A DNA stretch of 64,000 nt from Chrysomallon squamiferum (lineage: Eukaryota; Animalia; Mollusca), in NCBI GenBank assembly GCA_012295275.1, contig CM022668.1, forward strand, positions 7,874,001 through 7,938,000. Direction: 5' to 3'. How positions within the stretch are numbered: position 1 is the first letter of the stretch; every line of letters starts with the position of its first letter. The translations under genes were made by a program, and so were the position numbers. Positions 14,771 through 29,245 of the stretch are shown here, piece by piece. The notes beneath the pieces are model-generated. The model saw only the letters and a program-made list of their open reading frames with translations. It made no database searches and was not told the origin of the DNA.

Positions 14771-15217
14771 ATATTTAAAAATGAAAGGAAAGGCAACCCC
14801 AATAAAAAAAATAAAAAAAAAATTGCTGTATTTTCATTGATTTTTGTGCATGTTATAATTATCATCATCATCATCATCATTATCATCATCATCATCAACA
14901 TCATCACCATTATTGTGATAGTTATTATCGTCATTATAATGATTACCATTGACATAATTTGTATATGATTCACCATTATTACATCATCAATCTTTTTTCT
15001 CATTTTTTTTTTCTTCTTCTTGTTATTATAATTTTCTATTTTTCTTGGGCAAACAAGGAAATGAACGATAACAAAAAATATCTCACAGACAAAGCTGACC
15101 AAGGTCAAGCGATATATCCATTCATTTATCTATAATCCGATATGAAATCTTTTATGGATCCCAGGGACTAATCTAATTCGTCCAATCTAATCATGGTGAC
15201 GAGATTACCCGACTACA

Positions 15218-15231
15218 GCGCCATCTGTCGA
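15218..15231 (-). promoter_or_regulatory. CTCF-like motif (TCGACAGATGGCGC-TG)
   Basis: AGATGGCGCTG core within a CpG-rich island. Confidence 0.45.
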
Positions 15232-16514
15232 ACCATCCTTAGGGAAACCGGGATCGTGTTTCGGACAAGCACCGCGGATGTATGCCCGGCCCTTCTGTGG
15301 TTTCTGTCTCGAGAGGGAATCAGCTTACCACTACTTATATATTTAATTGAATTAGAGAAGATGTATGACTGAAGGGACATCAATACATGTAATTCATTAG
15401 TTTTAAGTTCAGAAAGAGACGATCGTATTAATTGTTAGTAGAGGATAATGGTTTAAAGTGCAGATAGCTTTACAAAAATAAATAATTGTTTTTAGTGGTT
15501 GTAGTTGTCGTAAGTGATGTTGTCGATTAAAGGAGTGTTGATAATGATGATGATGATAGCAGCGTGGTAGCGGGTAGCTCTTGTAGTATTAGTTGCTATA
15601 GTGGTAGTAATAGTAGTAGTAATAGCAGTAGCAGCACTAATGACAGTTATAGTATTAGTAGCAGTTGTAATAGCAGTTGTAGTACTAGTAATAAGAATAG
15701 TGATCCTAGTGTTGATAGATGCAGCACCGGTTGCACTAGTATTAGTATTAGTTTTTTGTTTTAGTATTAATATTAGTAATAGTAATAGTAGTAATACAGC
15801 TGGAATTAGTGTCAGTATTAGTAGATGTAGTTATAGAAGTAGTAATTGTAGTAGTAGTAATAATAGTAATAGTAGCAGCAGTAGTAATAGTAGCAGCAGT
15901 AGTAATACTACAAGTAATAACTTACCTCCTTAACTTCCTAATAATCGATTTACATACTTCTGTTATTAGCTAAATACAAGTAAACACATCCGGCGTCATC
16001 CGTTTATGACGTCATAATGCGGTTTGGTGTCTTCCGCTTAACGACGAAATTACATTTGTATGTGCAACGAATTATTTTCTGTTTGTGTAATAACTTTCGA
16101 TTGTTTTAAACGTAAGTATACAGCTGCTATAGATTCGATATTTAAGCACATATTACTGTTTTTATATAATAATTATCACAAGTTTAACAAATATGTTGAA
16201 GATGAAAGAGAGAGTGTTTCAGCAGAGTAATGCTAGTGTTGGTAGTAGTATTACTATTACTATTACTATTAGTACTAGTAGTAGTACATGTCGAAGTATT
16301 AGTAGTAGTATTTGTGTTAATATTATTACTAACAGAGAAACAATAACTATAATAGATGTGGTGCTGATTATGGTTACAGTAGTAGTAGTGACAGCAGCAA
16401 CAGCATCAGTAGTAGTCGTAGTAGTAGTTGTAATAGTTGTCATTGTGATAATGGTGTTAGTGGCTATAGAAGAAGCTTTAATTATTTTATTTTCTCAGAT
16501 ATTTTGTAAGAACA

Positions 16515-16579
<65 letters not shown>

Positions 16580-17904
16580 CAAGGAGAAGTACACAGAAAG
16601 AAAAAAGAAAAAAGTATTAAGATTGAAAATAATGGACTCGTTTACAGACAGACTGAGAGAAAATTAGACACAAACACAGACATACATACAGACATAAACT
16701 GACATATATTTTTAAAGATACGTTGATAGGAAGACAGATTACTAGTTGCACATTTATGCACACAGACAAGTACACACAAAGGTGACATTTTCTTGAATAA
16801 AACGTAAAAATCGTGAAATAAAAATGTCAGCAGTAAAGCTTTACATCAGCACGGGTCTCTTGAATCGTATTTGAAAGCTTTCGTTACAGTTTTCCTATGG
16901 GTTTAATAATATTCTGCATGACTTTCACGCACGCGGTAACCAAATTACAAGAACGTAAATAGAATTTTGTTATTGGGAAAATTCTACTGCAGTAATAATG
17001 ATAAGCTGCGTCTTAGAAAACGAGGAGGGTCGAGCCGCAGTCGTCCAGGAGACGTGTCAACTAAATTAGGTCGCTGGGTTCAAGACCCGAATCCAGAAAT
17101 CTTTCTGTAAATTTGGAGGTAATAAAAAATTAGCCATATCCTGTTGAAACTTATCCACGGGTTTGCTGTATTTCCAGAAATTTATATCTGTAAACGACCA
17201 TTGCGTTTTTAAAAATGTGAATACTAAAACTGCAGTATAGTTTAGCGCCTATTTGCATCATACATGAAATCTGACAACAGCTGACAGTCGTGTACACAAC
17301 GAGCGAGCTTGAACTGAAATAAAACGTAATTTTCCGACGTACTTGGGAGACCTCAGCAGACCATTAACCGACTTTCGATATGCGCATGTCAATGGTCTAT
17401 TAGCAGCTGTTGCTGATTGGCTGTTTCCATCACAGACCTTGACCTCATTATTAATAATAAACTGCTGTTATAATTACACCCTTTGTTCAAGGATTTACAA
17501 GTCGTACATAATAACAGATAATTTTATTTCTATTTTTCGGTTTGATTATATTCATAATTATAGGTAGGAAGCCGGAACGCACACACATATATAATTAGAC
17601 GTTGCTGGATAACGGGAAACATAAATTGTAATCGGTTTAATATCACATTTCCAAGCTGGTAGCATATAAAGATGATATCTGCTAAGTGCTAATATGCATG
17701 ATGTGTTTAACTAAGGTGACACATGTATTTCTAGGTAAATGGCTCGTTTCGATAATTTTATGTACAGCTTCAGTTTGTCGTTTGGTAAATCTAACATTTC
17801 ATTAACTCATTTTACTGCATGTATTTGTTATACAGAATGTAGTCTGTACAGGCCTGTATAATCTTATGACAAATAATCCGTATAATCTTAACCTTCGAAT
17901 CGTA

Positions 17905-18870
17905 TAATCTGTATAGCCTTAGCCGTGATGATATATGATCTATATAACCTTAGTTTTCATGATATATGATCTGTATAACCTTAGCGTTCTTGATATATGA
18001 TCTGTATAACCTTAGCCTTCATGATATATCATCTATATAACCTTAGCCTTCGTGATATGATCTGTATAACCTTAGCCTTCATGATATATCATCTGTATAA
18101 CCTTAGCCTTCGTGATATATCATCTATATAACCTTAGCCTTCGTGATATGATCTGTATAACCTTAGCCTTCATGATATAAAATCTGTATTACCTTAGCCT
18201 TCGTGATATGATCTGTATAACCTAAGCCTTCATGATATATGATCTGTATAACCTTAGCCTTCATGATATATCATCTGTATAACCTTAGCCTTCGTGATAT
18301 GATCTGTATAACCTTAGCCTTCATGATATATCATCTGTATAACCTTAGCCTTCGTGATATGATCTGTATAACCTTAGCCTTCATGATATATCATCTGTAT
18401 AACCTTATCCGTCATGATATATGATCTGTATAACCTTAGCCTTCATGATATATCATCTATATAACCTTAGCCTTCATGATATATCATCTGTATAACCTTA
18501 GCCTTCGTGATATGATCTGTATAACCTTAGCCTTCATGATATATCATCTGTATAACCTTAGTTTTCGTGATAAATGATCTGTATAACCTTAGCCTTCATG
18601 ATATATCATCTGTATAACCTTAGCCTTCATGATATATGATCTGTATAACCTTAGCCTTCATGATATATCATCTATATAACCTTAGCCTTCATGATATATC
18701 ATCTATATAACCTTAGCCTTCATGATATATCATCTGTATAACCTTAGCCATCATGATATATCATCTGTATAACCTTAGCCTTCATGATATATCATCTATA
18801 TAACCTTAGCCTTCGTGATATGATCTGTGTTGCCTTAGTCTTTGTGATAAATAATCTGCATAACCTTGTG
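17905..18870. repeat. Minisatellite of 31/29-bp units, roughly 32 copies, with a 60-bp dimeric higher-order structure
   Basis: Units gatctgtataaccttagccttcatgatatat (31) and catctgtataaccttagccttcgtgatat (29). 18241-18300 is identical to 18301-18360. Confidence 0.95.
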
Positions 18871-19242
18871 ATATGGTCTTTCTTGGCCGATACAACCTAA
18901 GCTTGATCTGTGCAAACTTCTATAACCTGATCTTTCATTACAGACGATCTGAATAGACTTGTGAGCGACAGTTTATATAGCATCAACCTTTATGAAACGT
19001 AAGACAGCATCTGGCACCTGGACGCTTGACCTCTGACACAGTTTTAATGTGGTTTCGGTAGCTTTGTGTTGCTGTGCTGTGATAGATAGCCTTGGCCTTC
19101 TTACAACGATGCCCTCTTTGTGATCTACTGAATCTTTGTACTGCCTTACAACAGCCTTATCTTTCGTGAAATGTAGCTTGTAAATAGAGATGTTTAAAAT
19201 GGTCTGTAATAGCATCGGTATTTAGTACTGTTACTGTTGGTT

Positions 19243-19282
<40 letters not shown>

Positions 19283-19315
19283 AAATTTACCAAAACATTT
19301 ATGATAATAGCAACA

Positions 19316-19378
<63 letters not shown>

Positions 19379-19877
19379 GTAGTAGTAGTAGCAGTAGTAG
19401 TAGTAATAAAAGTAGTTTTAATAATTGTAGTAGAAGTAGTAGTAGTACCATTATAGTATATTAACATATATATTAATCAGTATAGTATATTAACAGTATG
19501 AGTAGTAGCAGTAGTAGTAATAACGGTAGAAGTGACATCATAGTAGTAGTAGTTGTTGTTGTAGTCAGCAACTACTGCTATAGCACTGGATTCAATAAAT
19601 TTCGTATTCACAGCGACGTACAAACGCACTTAGAACGTAATTCTACAATATAACAATCTATTTCAGTAATTTAACATGTTGTAGAATTTCTCGGTTAATT
19701 GTATGTTCACAGAACAAAGCAGAATTTAATATCATAGTCTTTGATGACTGTAGTCTGGTTATCCAATATTGATGGACATGTGCTTCATATTGACCAATGG
19801 CTTGTTAAACAGACAGTAATGAACTGAAGTCGGTGAAGTTATCCATATTCTGGACAATGATTTGTTTAGGGTGATAG

Positions 19878-19925
<48 letters not shown>

Positions 19926-19926
19926 T

Positions 19927-19970
<44 letters not shown>

Positions 19971-19988
19971 TGTGTGTGTGTGTGTGTA

Positions 19989-20029
<41 letters not shown>

Positions 20030-22273
20030 AAGTATGTATGCATACATCTTAGCATTGCATGGTGCATTTTGTTTAAACTCAGTTTTGCTTCAATCAATAT
20101 TTCATCAATCTGTATTAATGATAACATATTTTCTTTTCTTTCACGGATTAATGTTTGTTATTATTTGCAGTAACAATTTAGCTCTTAACCACAAATGTAT
20201 CTAATATTCAAAAAAAAAAAAAAAAAGTTTTTCTTTCTTTATTATTATTTTCTTTTTCTTTTTAAAATCCTGCTCCAGGTTATCTCCCATGAATGTTTTT
20301 CTTCCTATAAATCTTGTATTTTGCTAGAAAATCAGCGAGCGAGTGTGTAAGAGAAAGAAAAGCGTGCGCACTGACAGTGTTAATGTATTCGTACTAACAC
20401 AACGGGTACTTCTCTCCTAACTCACTTAGCCAGTGAACGTGAACAGGAGAAAGTCGGAAGCGCCTGTCTCCGATAAAAACGAGCGAGTGAAAATTGTGTT
20501 AATTGTGCTTGCCCGATAGATACAGATTAAATTATATTTCTTGCCGTTTTCCGACTTGCGCACTTCCCGCCCGGAAATTGGAACAATATGCTATGAATCA
20601 TAATTGTATGAATCCCCTAGGTTTGTTGATAAGAAGAAGAAAACAGCCTGACCCAGATACAAGACGAGAAAAGATATATATTACGGATGGTCATTTAAAT
20701 GGATTTGGGCAATCTGCAGATCTGCCGTGACAGGCTATATATCTGAGTTTCATTTTATTTAAAGAAAGCGAATAAGATAAGAGAAAAAGAAAGACGGAAA
20801 TAACGAGAGAAAGAAAAGGAAGGAAGAAAAAAAAAAAAAAAAAAAAGGAGGAAGGAAGAAATAAGAAAGTAAAGAAAGAAGAAAGATGTGAGAAGAAAAC
20901 AAAAATAAAGAAACTTAAAAAGATAGAAAGAAGAGTAAAGAAGAAAAAGAATGAAAGAATGAAGAAACCAGTAATGATTGAAACAAACGACATCTCAGCT
21001 CAGTTTAATGATAGTAATTACTTGTCGAACAGCACAAGTATAATGTTTCAGGTTTCAAGTATAATGACAAGAAAACGAGATAGGAAATCTGCTAGCACTG
21101 TATCATGGGTTACTCTTACCGTTTAGCAGACAGGTTCACCTTCCCCGAAACATGAAAACACAAACAACACCTTTTTCATTAAAACAATAACAACAACAAC
21201 AACAAAAACAACATAATAATAATAATAAAACAAACAAGCAAACGAAAACAACAAAACAAACAAAACAAAAACAACCACAACAACAACAAGAACTAAAAAA
21301 TAATCATTGGGTAGTAGTTCGAATTATGACACATCCAAACCGATCTACTACAGAGACTCGAACCAACAATCTGTGATGTGAGAATCTGCAAACCTTTTTA
21401 TGAATAGTTAACATTTTGATACACACAGACAGATGTACACTGAACGACAGAGAGAGTAATTAAAAAATACGCTGAAAGATTGACTGAAAGAAGGAAGAAA
21501 GAGTGAAAGAATGAACAAAAGAAAAAGAATGAAAGAAGGGGAAGGAAAGAATGAAGTAGAGAAACAAATGCTTGAATAAAAGACATAAAAAAAGGATCGA
21601 AGAAAAAAAAAGCTTATATGTAGACAGATGCAGGATGGTAAATAAAAGAAAAAGAAAAAATAATGAAAACAGATTGAAAGAAAAAACGAAGGATTGAAAG
21701 AAAGAAGGAAAGAAAATATAAGAAAGGAATAAAATATACATATGTGTGTGTATATGTTTGTGTGTTGTGTGTATGTGTATTTATGTGTGTCTGTCTGTAT
21801 ATGTTTCTGTTTGTGTGTGGATGTAAATATATAAATAAAAGAAAAAAGAAAAAACCGACAGAATTTAAAAATACTGAAAGAAAGAAGGAAGGAAGGAAAG
21901 AAGAAGTGCTGATAACAAATGAAGAAACGTTCCTGCTAGTAATAAAGAAAAACAAAAGTTCTCGGAGATTCAGCTTCCTGCTTGTTTCGATGTTACGTGA
22001 AACGAGGTTTAATTCTAGATTATTACATTTACATAATCGGGTTTCACTGCAGTGTCAGGAAAACGCACAATGCGGCTTAGAGTGTTCGTGATCAGGAAAT
22101 AAAAGTAAGTCATAAGTAGGCGCTGTCAATCAGAGAAAAAAAAACATAATAAAAATTACAACTGACACCGCCAATATTGCGTGTCACTTGACAATGGTGT
22201 CAAAGATGTCAGTTTACCGTAAAACATCTAAAATTCAGATTTTTATTTATTTATTTATTTATTTATTTACTTA

Positions 22274-22340
<67 letters not shown>

Positions 22341-22477
22341 ATTATTATCATTATTATTATTATTTTATTTGGGTTTCGGTGCACAACTATTCCATGAATT
22401 AGAGAAACGTGTTTGTCTTTTTTTCAGTCATTGTTACCTTTTAATTTAGATATGAGAAGTGTTTACATTCGTGTAAA

Positions 22478-22527
<50 letters not shown>

Positions 22528-23301
22528 TATGTACATGCATACATATATAACACAATATATAAGTGCGTACGTACTTACATACATATTTATAAAAGTATAT
22601 TGCACTTAAATGCAGACACACGAACATACCAACTAATCCAAGGACAAAGACAGCCACACAAAATCAATCACATGCACAACTGTACACAACCACACTCACA
22701 CTCTCAGTTATTCACTCATTCATACGGACACTCACGAACACACACACACACACACACACTCCGTAACACACATAGACGCGCACGCATACACACACCTACA
22801 TACCGTAACACACCCTCACCCATACCCACACATACACACCCACATACATAAACACAGTCACACATACACACACACGTACATAAACACAGTCACATACACA
22901 CCCACACATACACACACATATACATAAACACACTCACACAAAAACGCTCACATACATAAACACATTCACACATACGCGCTCACAAACATAACACACTCAC
23001 ACATAAACGCGCGCTTTCACGAAAAAGTACATTGTATCAGAAAGATGCGAAATAAAAGTACATGGGAAAATGTGCATGACATTTGCGCGGAATTCTGCGT
23101 AATTAGGATGACAACGTGCAGGCGCTGGGTTTCCAGTAATGATGTCACGCTTTTGCTATTTAGCGACAGTTCAGATACGGATCACGTTTTGTCATGTCAC
23201 AGGAACAAAAATGTATCCAGAATTATCAAAGTTCTTATTTCTTAATATTAATTTTATTTTGGTTATTTAAGGATAACAACAATGAAAAAAAGTATTTACT
23301 T

Positions 23302-23366
<65 letters not shown>

Positions 23367-23934
23367 ATTTTCTCTCTCATTGAGTGTGTGTGTGTGCGTG
23401 CGTGTCTGTGTCTGTGCGTGTGTCTGTGTGTGTGTGTGTGTGTCTGTGTGTTTGTTCTTTATATTATCTTAAAAGAGCAGTGGTGTTTAAACAATTTCAG
23501 AAAATTTTAACCAACTGCGAGGTAAAAACCTAAGAAGTTTTTCTTTACTCGAATTCTTTTTCGCGAAACTTTCTCAATAGACCTGTAAAATCAATAACAA
23601 AGTTAGTCGACGAAAAACGGTCGTCTGCATTTCGAAAACGAGGCTGCCTCCGTGCACGTGCTATGACGCGTTTTGTGACATGGTGCACGTTTTCACAATG
23701 GCGTTTTCCATCTGTTACTAGCTGCAATCAATCTCGTTCCTTTGAAGTGTTAGGATTAATTACGCCTCGGTAAACAAATTTTGCAGGGCAAACAGAAAGG
23801 AGCAAATAGGTCGCAGGAATACACTGGTTATTAGCCAGAATCAGGAGTCAGTGTTCTTTTTATTGCAGTCGTCAGCACTGTTGTGGTGTCGTGTTCTTAA
23901 AGGTTCTCTATCGACTTCGTCAAAAACTCTTACT

Positions 23935-24310
23935 AACAGGCTATGTGAATTTATGGAACATACTGTTTCACTTTTTGTAACTTGTTATGTGACTTTTATA
24001 AGAGGCTATTTTACTTTTTGTAAGAGGCTATTTTAATTTTTGTAAGAGGCTACTTTACTTTTTGTAAGAGGCTATTTCACTTTTTGTAACTTGTTATGTG
24101 ACTTTTATAAAAGGCTATTTTACTTTTTGTAACATGTTATGTCACATTTTTTTAAGGCTATATTACTTTGTGACTTTGTGTACGAAGCTATTTGAATGTG
24201 TTTGAGGCTATGTAACTGTATAAAAACCTATATGACTTTTTTTGTTATGATTTTCAATAAGAGGCTATAGGATTTTGTGTAAAAGGCTATATGACTTGAT
24301 AAGAGACTAA
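23935..24310. repeat. Degenerate ~22-bp tandem repeat (aagaggctattttactttttgt)
   Basis: Recurrent aggctat...tttttgtaa, with a larger duplicated block at ~23966 and ~24075. Confidence 0.8.
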
Positions 24311-24929
24311 CGAGTTAGAAAGAAGTCTTTAAACCAATTACTTGTAAGATCTGGTTTTTAAAAGAAGCTAAACAAATCATTATAGGTGTCATATCCTCAG
24401 TCTGCCACGAATATTTTGTCTTTGCAATTTTAAAATATTTTATTTTTGTTCTTTCTGTAGGAAATGTAATAGTAGCAGTAGCTGATGACGGAAGTGGTAT
24501 TTGTGTTAGTTATTGTCGTAGTCGTAGTCGAGGTAGTAGTAGTAGTGGTAGTGATCGTGGAAGTGGTTCTGCTGGTAGTAGTAGTATTTCTTTAAAACGT
24601 CTTTAATAATAATCAGGTGACTTATCAACTGGAAATGAGTTAATGACTTTAACAGACAAAGGAGCGAATCCAGTAATGTTTGCTCTTGAGAGCCAAACAA
24701 CCTTAACAGCCGTCTGTTAAAAAAAATGATCACACATAAAACACAAATGTTGATTCTGAAAAGTTTATAAATATAAGGATAGAAAAAAAAAGTTTGTTTG
24801 TGTGAGAATTTATATAATAATCTTTAGTGAAATACTTAATTATTAAGATGAAATTTAACTGGGTAAACTTTTAACAGATGTTTCTTTTTATCGAGATGCA
24901 AGGAAAATGCAGTTTATACATGAAAGAGA

Positions 24930-25255
24930 GTTATTTCTTATTTCTTAGATGTTAAAGAGTTGGTGTTTTGCTACCAGTCAGAGTGTATAATTATTTCTTG
25001 TTTCATTCATCATAGTCGCTAAGACATTTAGGTATTAAAAGCTTGGTGTTTTCATACTTGTGGGAGGGTAAAAGATATAAAATCATTTCTTGTTCCATTC
25101 ATTTCAGTGCTTGTGGCCTTAGGCATTAAAGGGTTTATGTTTTACCACCAGAAGGAGGGCATCAGATATAGAAGTGTTTCTTGTTCCATTCACTTCGATG
25201 CTAGACGATTAAAATGCTAAGGACAGTGTGTTTTCACACCTATGAGAAGGTGCAT
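24930..25255. repeat. Old diverged ~91-92-bp tandem repeat, about 3.5 copies
   Basis: tttcttgttYcattca at 24994, 25086 and 25177, each followed by ttag..attaaa...gtgtttt...ggagggY..agatata. Confidence 0.75.
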
Positions 25256-26007
25256 AAAAACGTTCCTTTGGTGTTAGTTAGTAAGAATAATCGACTGCAT
25301 AAATATAGCGGTTGTCTTTTTCGTATCTTTATAAATGAAATTTATTACTAAGATTTAATTTAATGCTAAAATGTGCTAAAATGTCATCAGAGTTGCAGTA
25401 ATTTAATTAATCCATTCATTCGTTTGTTCCCATCATCTTTCAAATAATTTATTTTTTCCTTCCTTCCTTTTCCCTCAAAACATGACATATCCATGTTTAT
25501 CAAAATAAATAGCAAATTTGAAAGAAGGGAAAAAAAAAAAAAAATGAGTGAAAAAAAAAAAGGCGCTGTCAGTGATTCAGATACCGCCATGTTGATTAAC
25601 TAAGTTGATTGTCTATGGATCCGGAACCGTGTCAAATAACAGAAAAATCTGTCGCTGGCAGCAGGTTGTTTTTCCCCGGCGAATTTGAATCACGACTCTG
25701 TATAGATAGCCACATCGAACTGTGTAACGCTATACTCTGCAAACAATAGTTTCAATTAGTTCTTCTGATATATCACGTTTTTCAAATGAACATCGCTAGA
25801 TATTTATAATGCCGGAAACTGACGAAATAGAACGGAAAATGAAGACGTTTATTCCGAATGGGTTGTCTCAAAATAAAAGAGAAAACGAAACATTTTACTT
25901 GTGTAAGTTTTGTGTGTTGGTGTGTGTGTGTGCGTTGTTGTTTTTATGCATGCACGTATGTTTAATTAATTAATTAATTAGTTTCTATGTGATTAATCTG
26001 ATTTTAC

Positions 26008-26055
<48 letters not shown>

Positions 26056-26538
26056 TTTTTGTTCTTTTTCTTCTCATCATCATTGTCGTTTTTTAATGTT
26101 CATTACTATAGTTATTAATATTATTATTATGTATTAATACATATTTTAAATAATAATAATAATAATAATAACAATACTGCTGCTACTACTACTGCTACAA
26201 CTACTACTACTTGAATATTTAATTTACGTTTGAGACGTCCTGTACATCGAGATGAAAGAGCTGTTGGCCTGCACGTGCTCACGTCAGAACGTGATGTTAA
26301 AACTACAAACACGTTTTTACTCTGCAGTGTGTGTTGATGTGTTTACAGAGTGTATAAACAAGCGAGTCACTGTGTGTACAAGTCGAACTGGGGAGGTGTG
26401 AACGTGTTGTCGTGTGGGCGTAGAACGAATGTGTCCGCGTGTATGTATGTATGTATGTTAATATGTTGTATGAATACGTGTTTGAATATGTGGATATCTG
26501 GATGTATCTATGTGTGAATGTGTGTGAGTGTATGTATG

Positions 26539-26572
<34 letters not shown>

Positions 26573-27283
26573 TGTACGTGAGTGAGTGTGTGTGTGTGTG
26601 TGTACATATACACATATGTATGTATGTATATATATACATATATATGTATGTATGTATGTATATCACACATGCACATACAAACATATTTGTTTCTAATGTC
26701 TGTGTGTGTGTTTGTATACAACTTTGTTTATATCTGGGGTTTTTTATACTCTATCATTATGTGTTCAGACAAACAGGAAAAGAGAAAAACAAATAAATAA
26801 ATAAATTTAAAATGTTTTAAACTATTAACTAATCGTTCTGGAAACTCGTCTTCTACTAAACGCGCCCTTAAGCTTTAAAACAACGCGATAAACCTAAATC
26901 GACACATACAAGGCTGTCTCATTATCTTAAAGTGTCATGTAACAGACACACAGACGTACACAATTGCTGACCGGTAATTCCTGTTTTGTTTGTGTGACTT
27001 GTATCATGACAAATACAACGATTTTTATTTTACATTCTGCTTGTTTATCGGTGGTATCATTGTCACCGGAAATGACGTATAATTGTTATGCTAGTTCTCC
27101 GCCACTGACTGATTGATTACGTTGTTAATTTAATATTAAATTCATCGCTAAGTGCAAGTACAGTGTGTGTTTTAATTGGGGAGATATCTGATACCTTTCT
27201 ACCAACCTGAGACTGATTTATAGTGTAATGGTTATTAATGAGATGTCTTATAGTAAGAACTGCAGGCGAATCTTTGGTGGAAA

Positions 27284-27338
<55 letters not shown>

Positions 27339-27388
27339 TATAATAACAACAACAACAACAACAACAACAACACCAACATAACAATACC

Positions 27389-27442
<54 letters not shown>

Positions 27443-27664
27443 CATAACAGTAAAAATATCATCGTCATGAATCATTGTACTATACATTATTTATTTGTTT
27501 ATTTATTTATTTATTTATGGAAGGAGAGAAGAAAAAAGAAAATGAGGGAAGATTGGAAAAAAGTTTCAGTTCACTTTGTTTAATAAGCCTCGATTTTCTT
27601 ATCAATAATTACTAACATCAAGGAATAAATACATTTAACTTGAATTTATTATCATCATCGTCAT

Positions 27665-27700
<36 letters not shown>

Positions 27701-28649
27701 TATTATTATTATTATTATACCGTTCCTTTCCAGAAAAAAATAAAATAAACAAATAATAAACAAATAAAAATAAACAATAAAATACAAAACACAAGGTCAA
27801 AAAACCTAAAAATAAGACACTTAACCTAATAATAATGATGATGATGATGATAATAAGAAGAATAATAATAAAAACATTAACAATAATAATAATCATTATA
27901 TATAAGAATAGGACAGAGAGAGAGATTAGAAAAAGGAAAGGAATAAATAATTAAAAAAAAAAAAAAAATCGGAAAAAAAAAAACGAGCTGGGGGGATAGG
28001 AGTAAACTGAGAAGGGGGGAGGTTCCTGGTGTTTTTGTGCCTGTCACAGCTGGTATTTTAACTGTTTTTTTATTACACTTCTGTCGCCGTTAAACCCCCA
28101 ACCTTGTCCACAAACGATTAAACGTCCTCGTTGCAAAACCAAAATCAATCAAAACGAAATTCGACACTGTTCCTCCGGTTTCCCCAGTCATTAGAACCTG
28201 CACGACGTGTCAATATGGCGTTAAAGTGGAAATTAATATTTTCAGCCAATCTCCGATTTATGTAAGCACAACACGTTACATTTGAGTGGCCGAGTTTGCG
28301 AGACAGAAAAACAACAGCGCCGTTGATCTAAGAAAACGTTGACTTCGTCTTAATTCCAGACGGTGTTGTACTAGCTGCCTTTTGTCGTCGTAGTGTTTGC
28401 TTGTTGTCGTTGTTGATTACGAGGATATAATTAACCCCAAGCAACAAATAGGCTTGATTAGTTTTAATAGATAATTTTCTTCAGACTTAATAAACTTGGT
28501 CGCGTTTCCCCAACATCGAGTCAATGAACGAGTAGAAATTGATTTCTGTATTTTCAGTGAGGGTCAGCATAGTGTATGTACACATACATGTTAATACATA
28601 AACTTTACAAACACAAACACATTAATTCAGATATACATACATAAACACA

Positions 28650-28693
<44 letters not shown>

Positions 28694-28695
<2 letters not shown>

Positions 28696-28780
28696 GTGGT
28701 ACCTTGACTTACGAGTTTAATTCGTTCCGTGACCGAGCTCGTATCTCAGTTTGCTCGAATATCAAATCAATTTTCCAATG
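28694..28780 (+). mobile_element. Tigger/pogo-type (Tc1/mariner superfamily) terminal fragment beside a (TA)n tract
   Basis: (t)AGTGGTACCTTGACTTACGAGTTTAATTCGTTCCGTGACCGAGCTCGTA resembles CAGTGGTACC-type Tigger ends. Recognised from memory, not by search. No opposite end seen. Confidence 0.6.
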
Positions 28781-29034
28781 TATACATACTGACGTACATA
28801 CAACCTCATACACATACACAAACATATACATACATGGACACATACGTACATACATACATATTTACATACAAACATAAATACACACAGATACAAACACACA
28901 TACATATGTGTATGAGCATTAAAAACAAGGAAACATATACGGATGAAAGGAACGTATCAAATGTAGTTAGTTACACAGAGAGACAGACAGACAGTCTGAT
29001 AAAGACACTGTCAATCCAGCTAGCAAGATAATCT

Positions 29035-29139
<105 letters not shown>

Positions 29140-29199
29140 TAACGAAAAAGTGAATATTGAAAAGAAATACAGGGAACAAAATAATTGTCGACATTTAAT

Positions 29200-29245
<46 letters not shown>

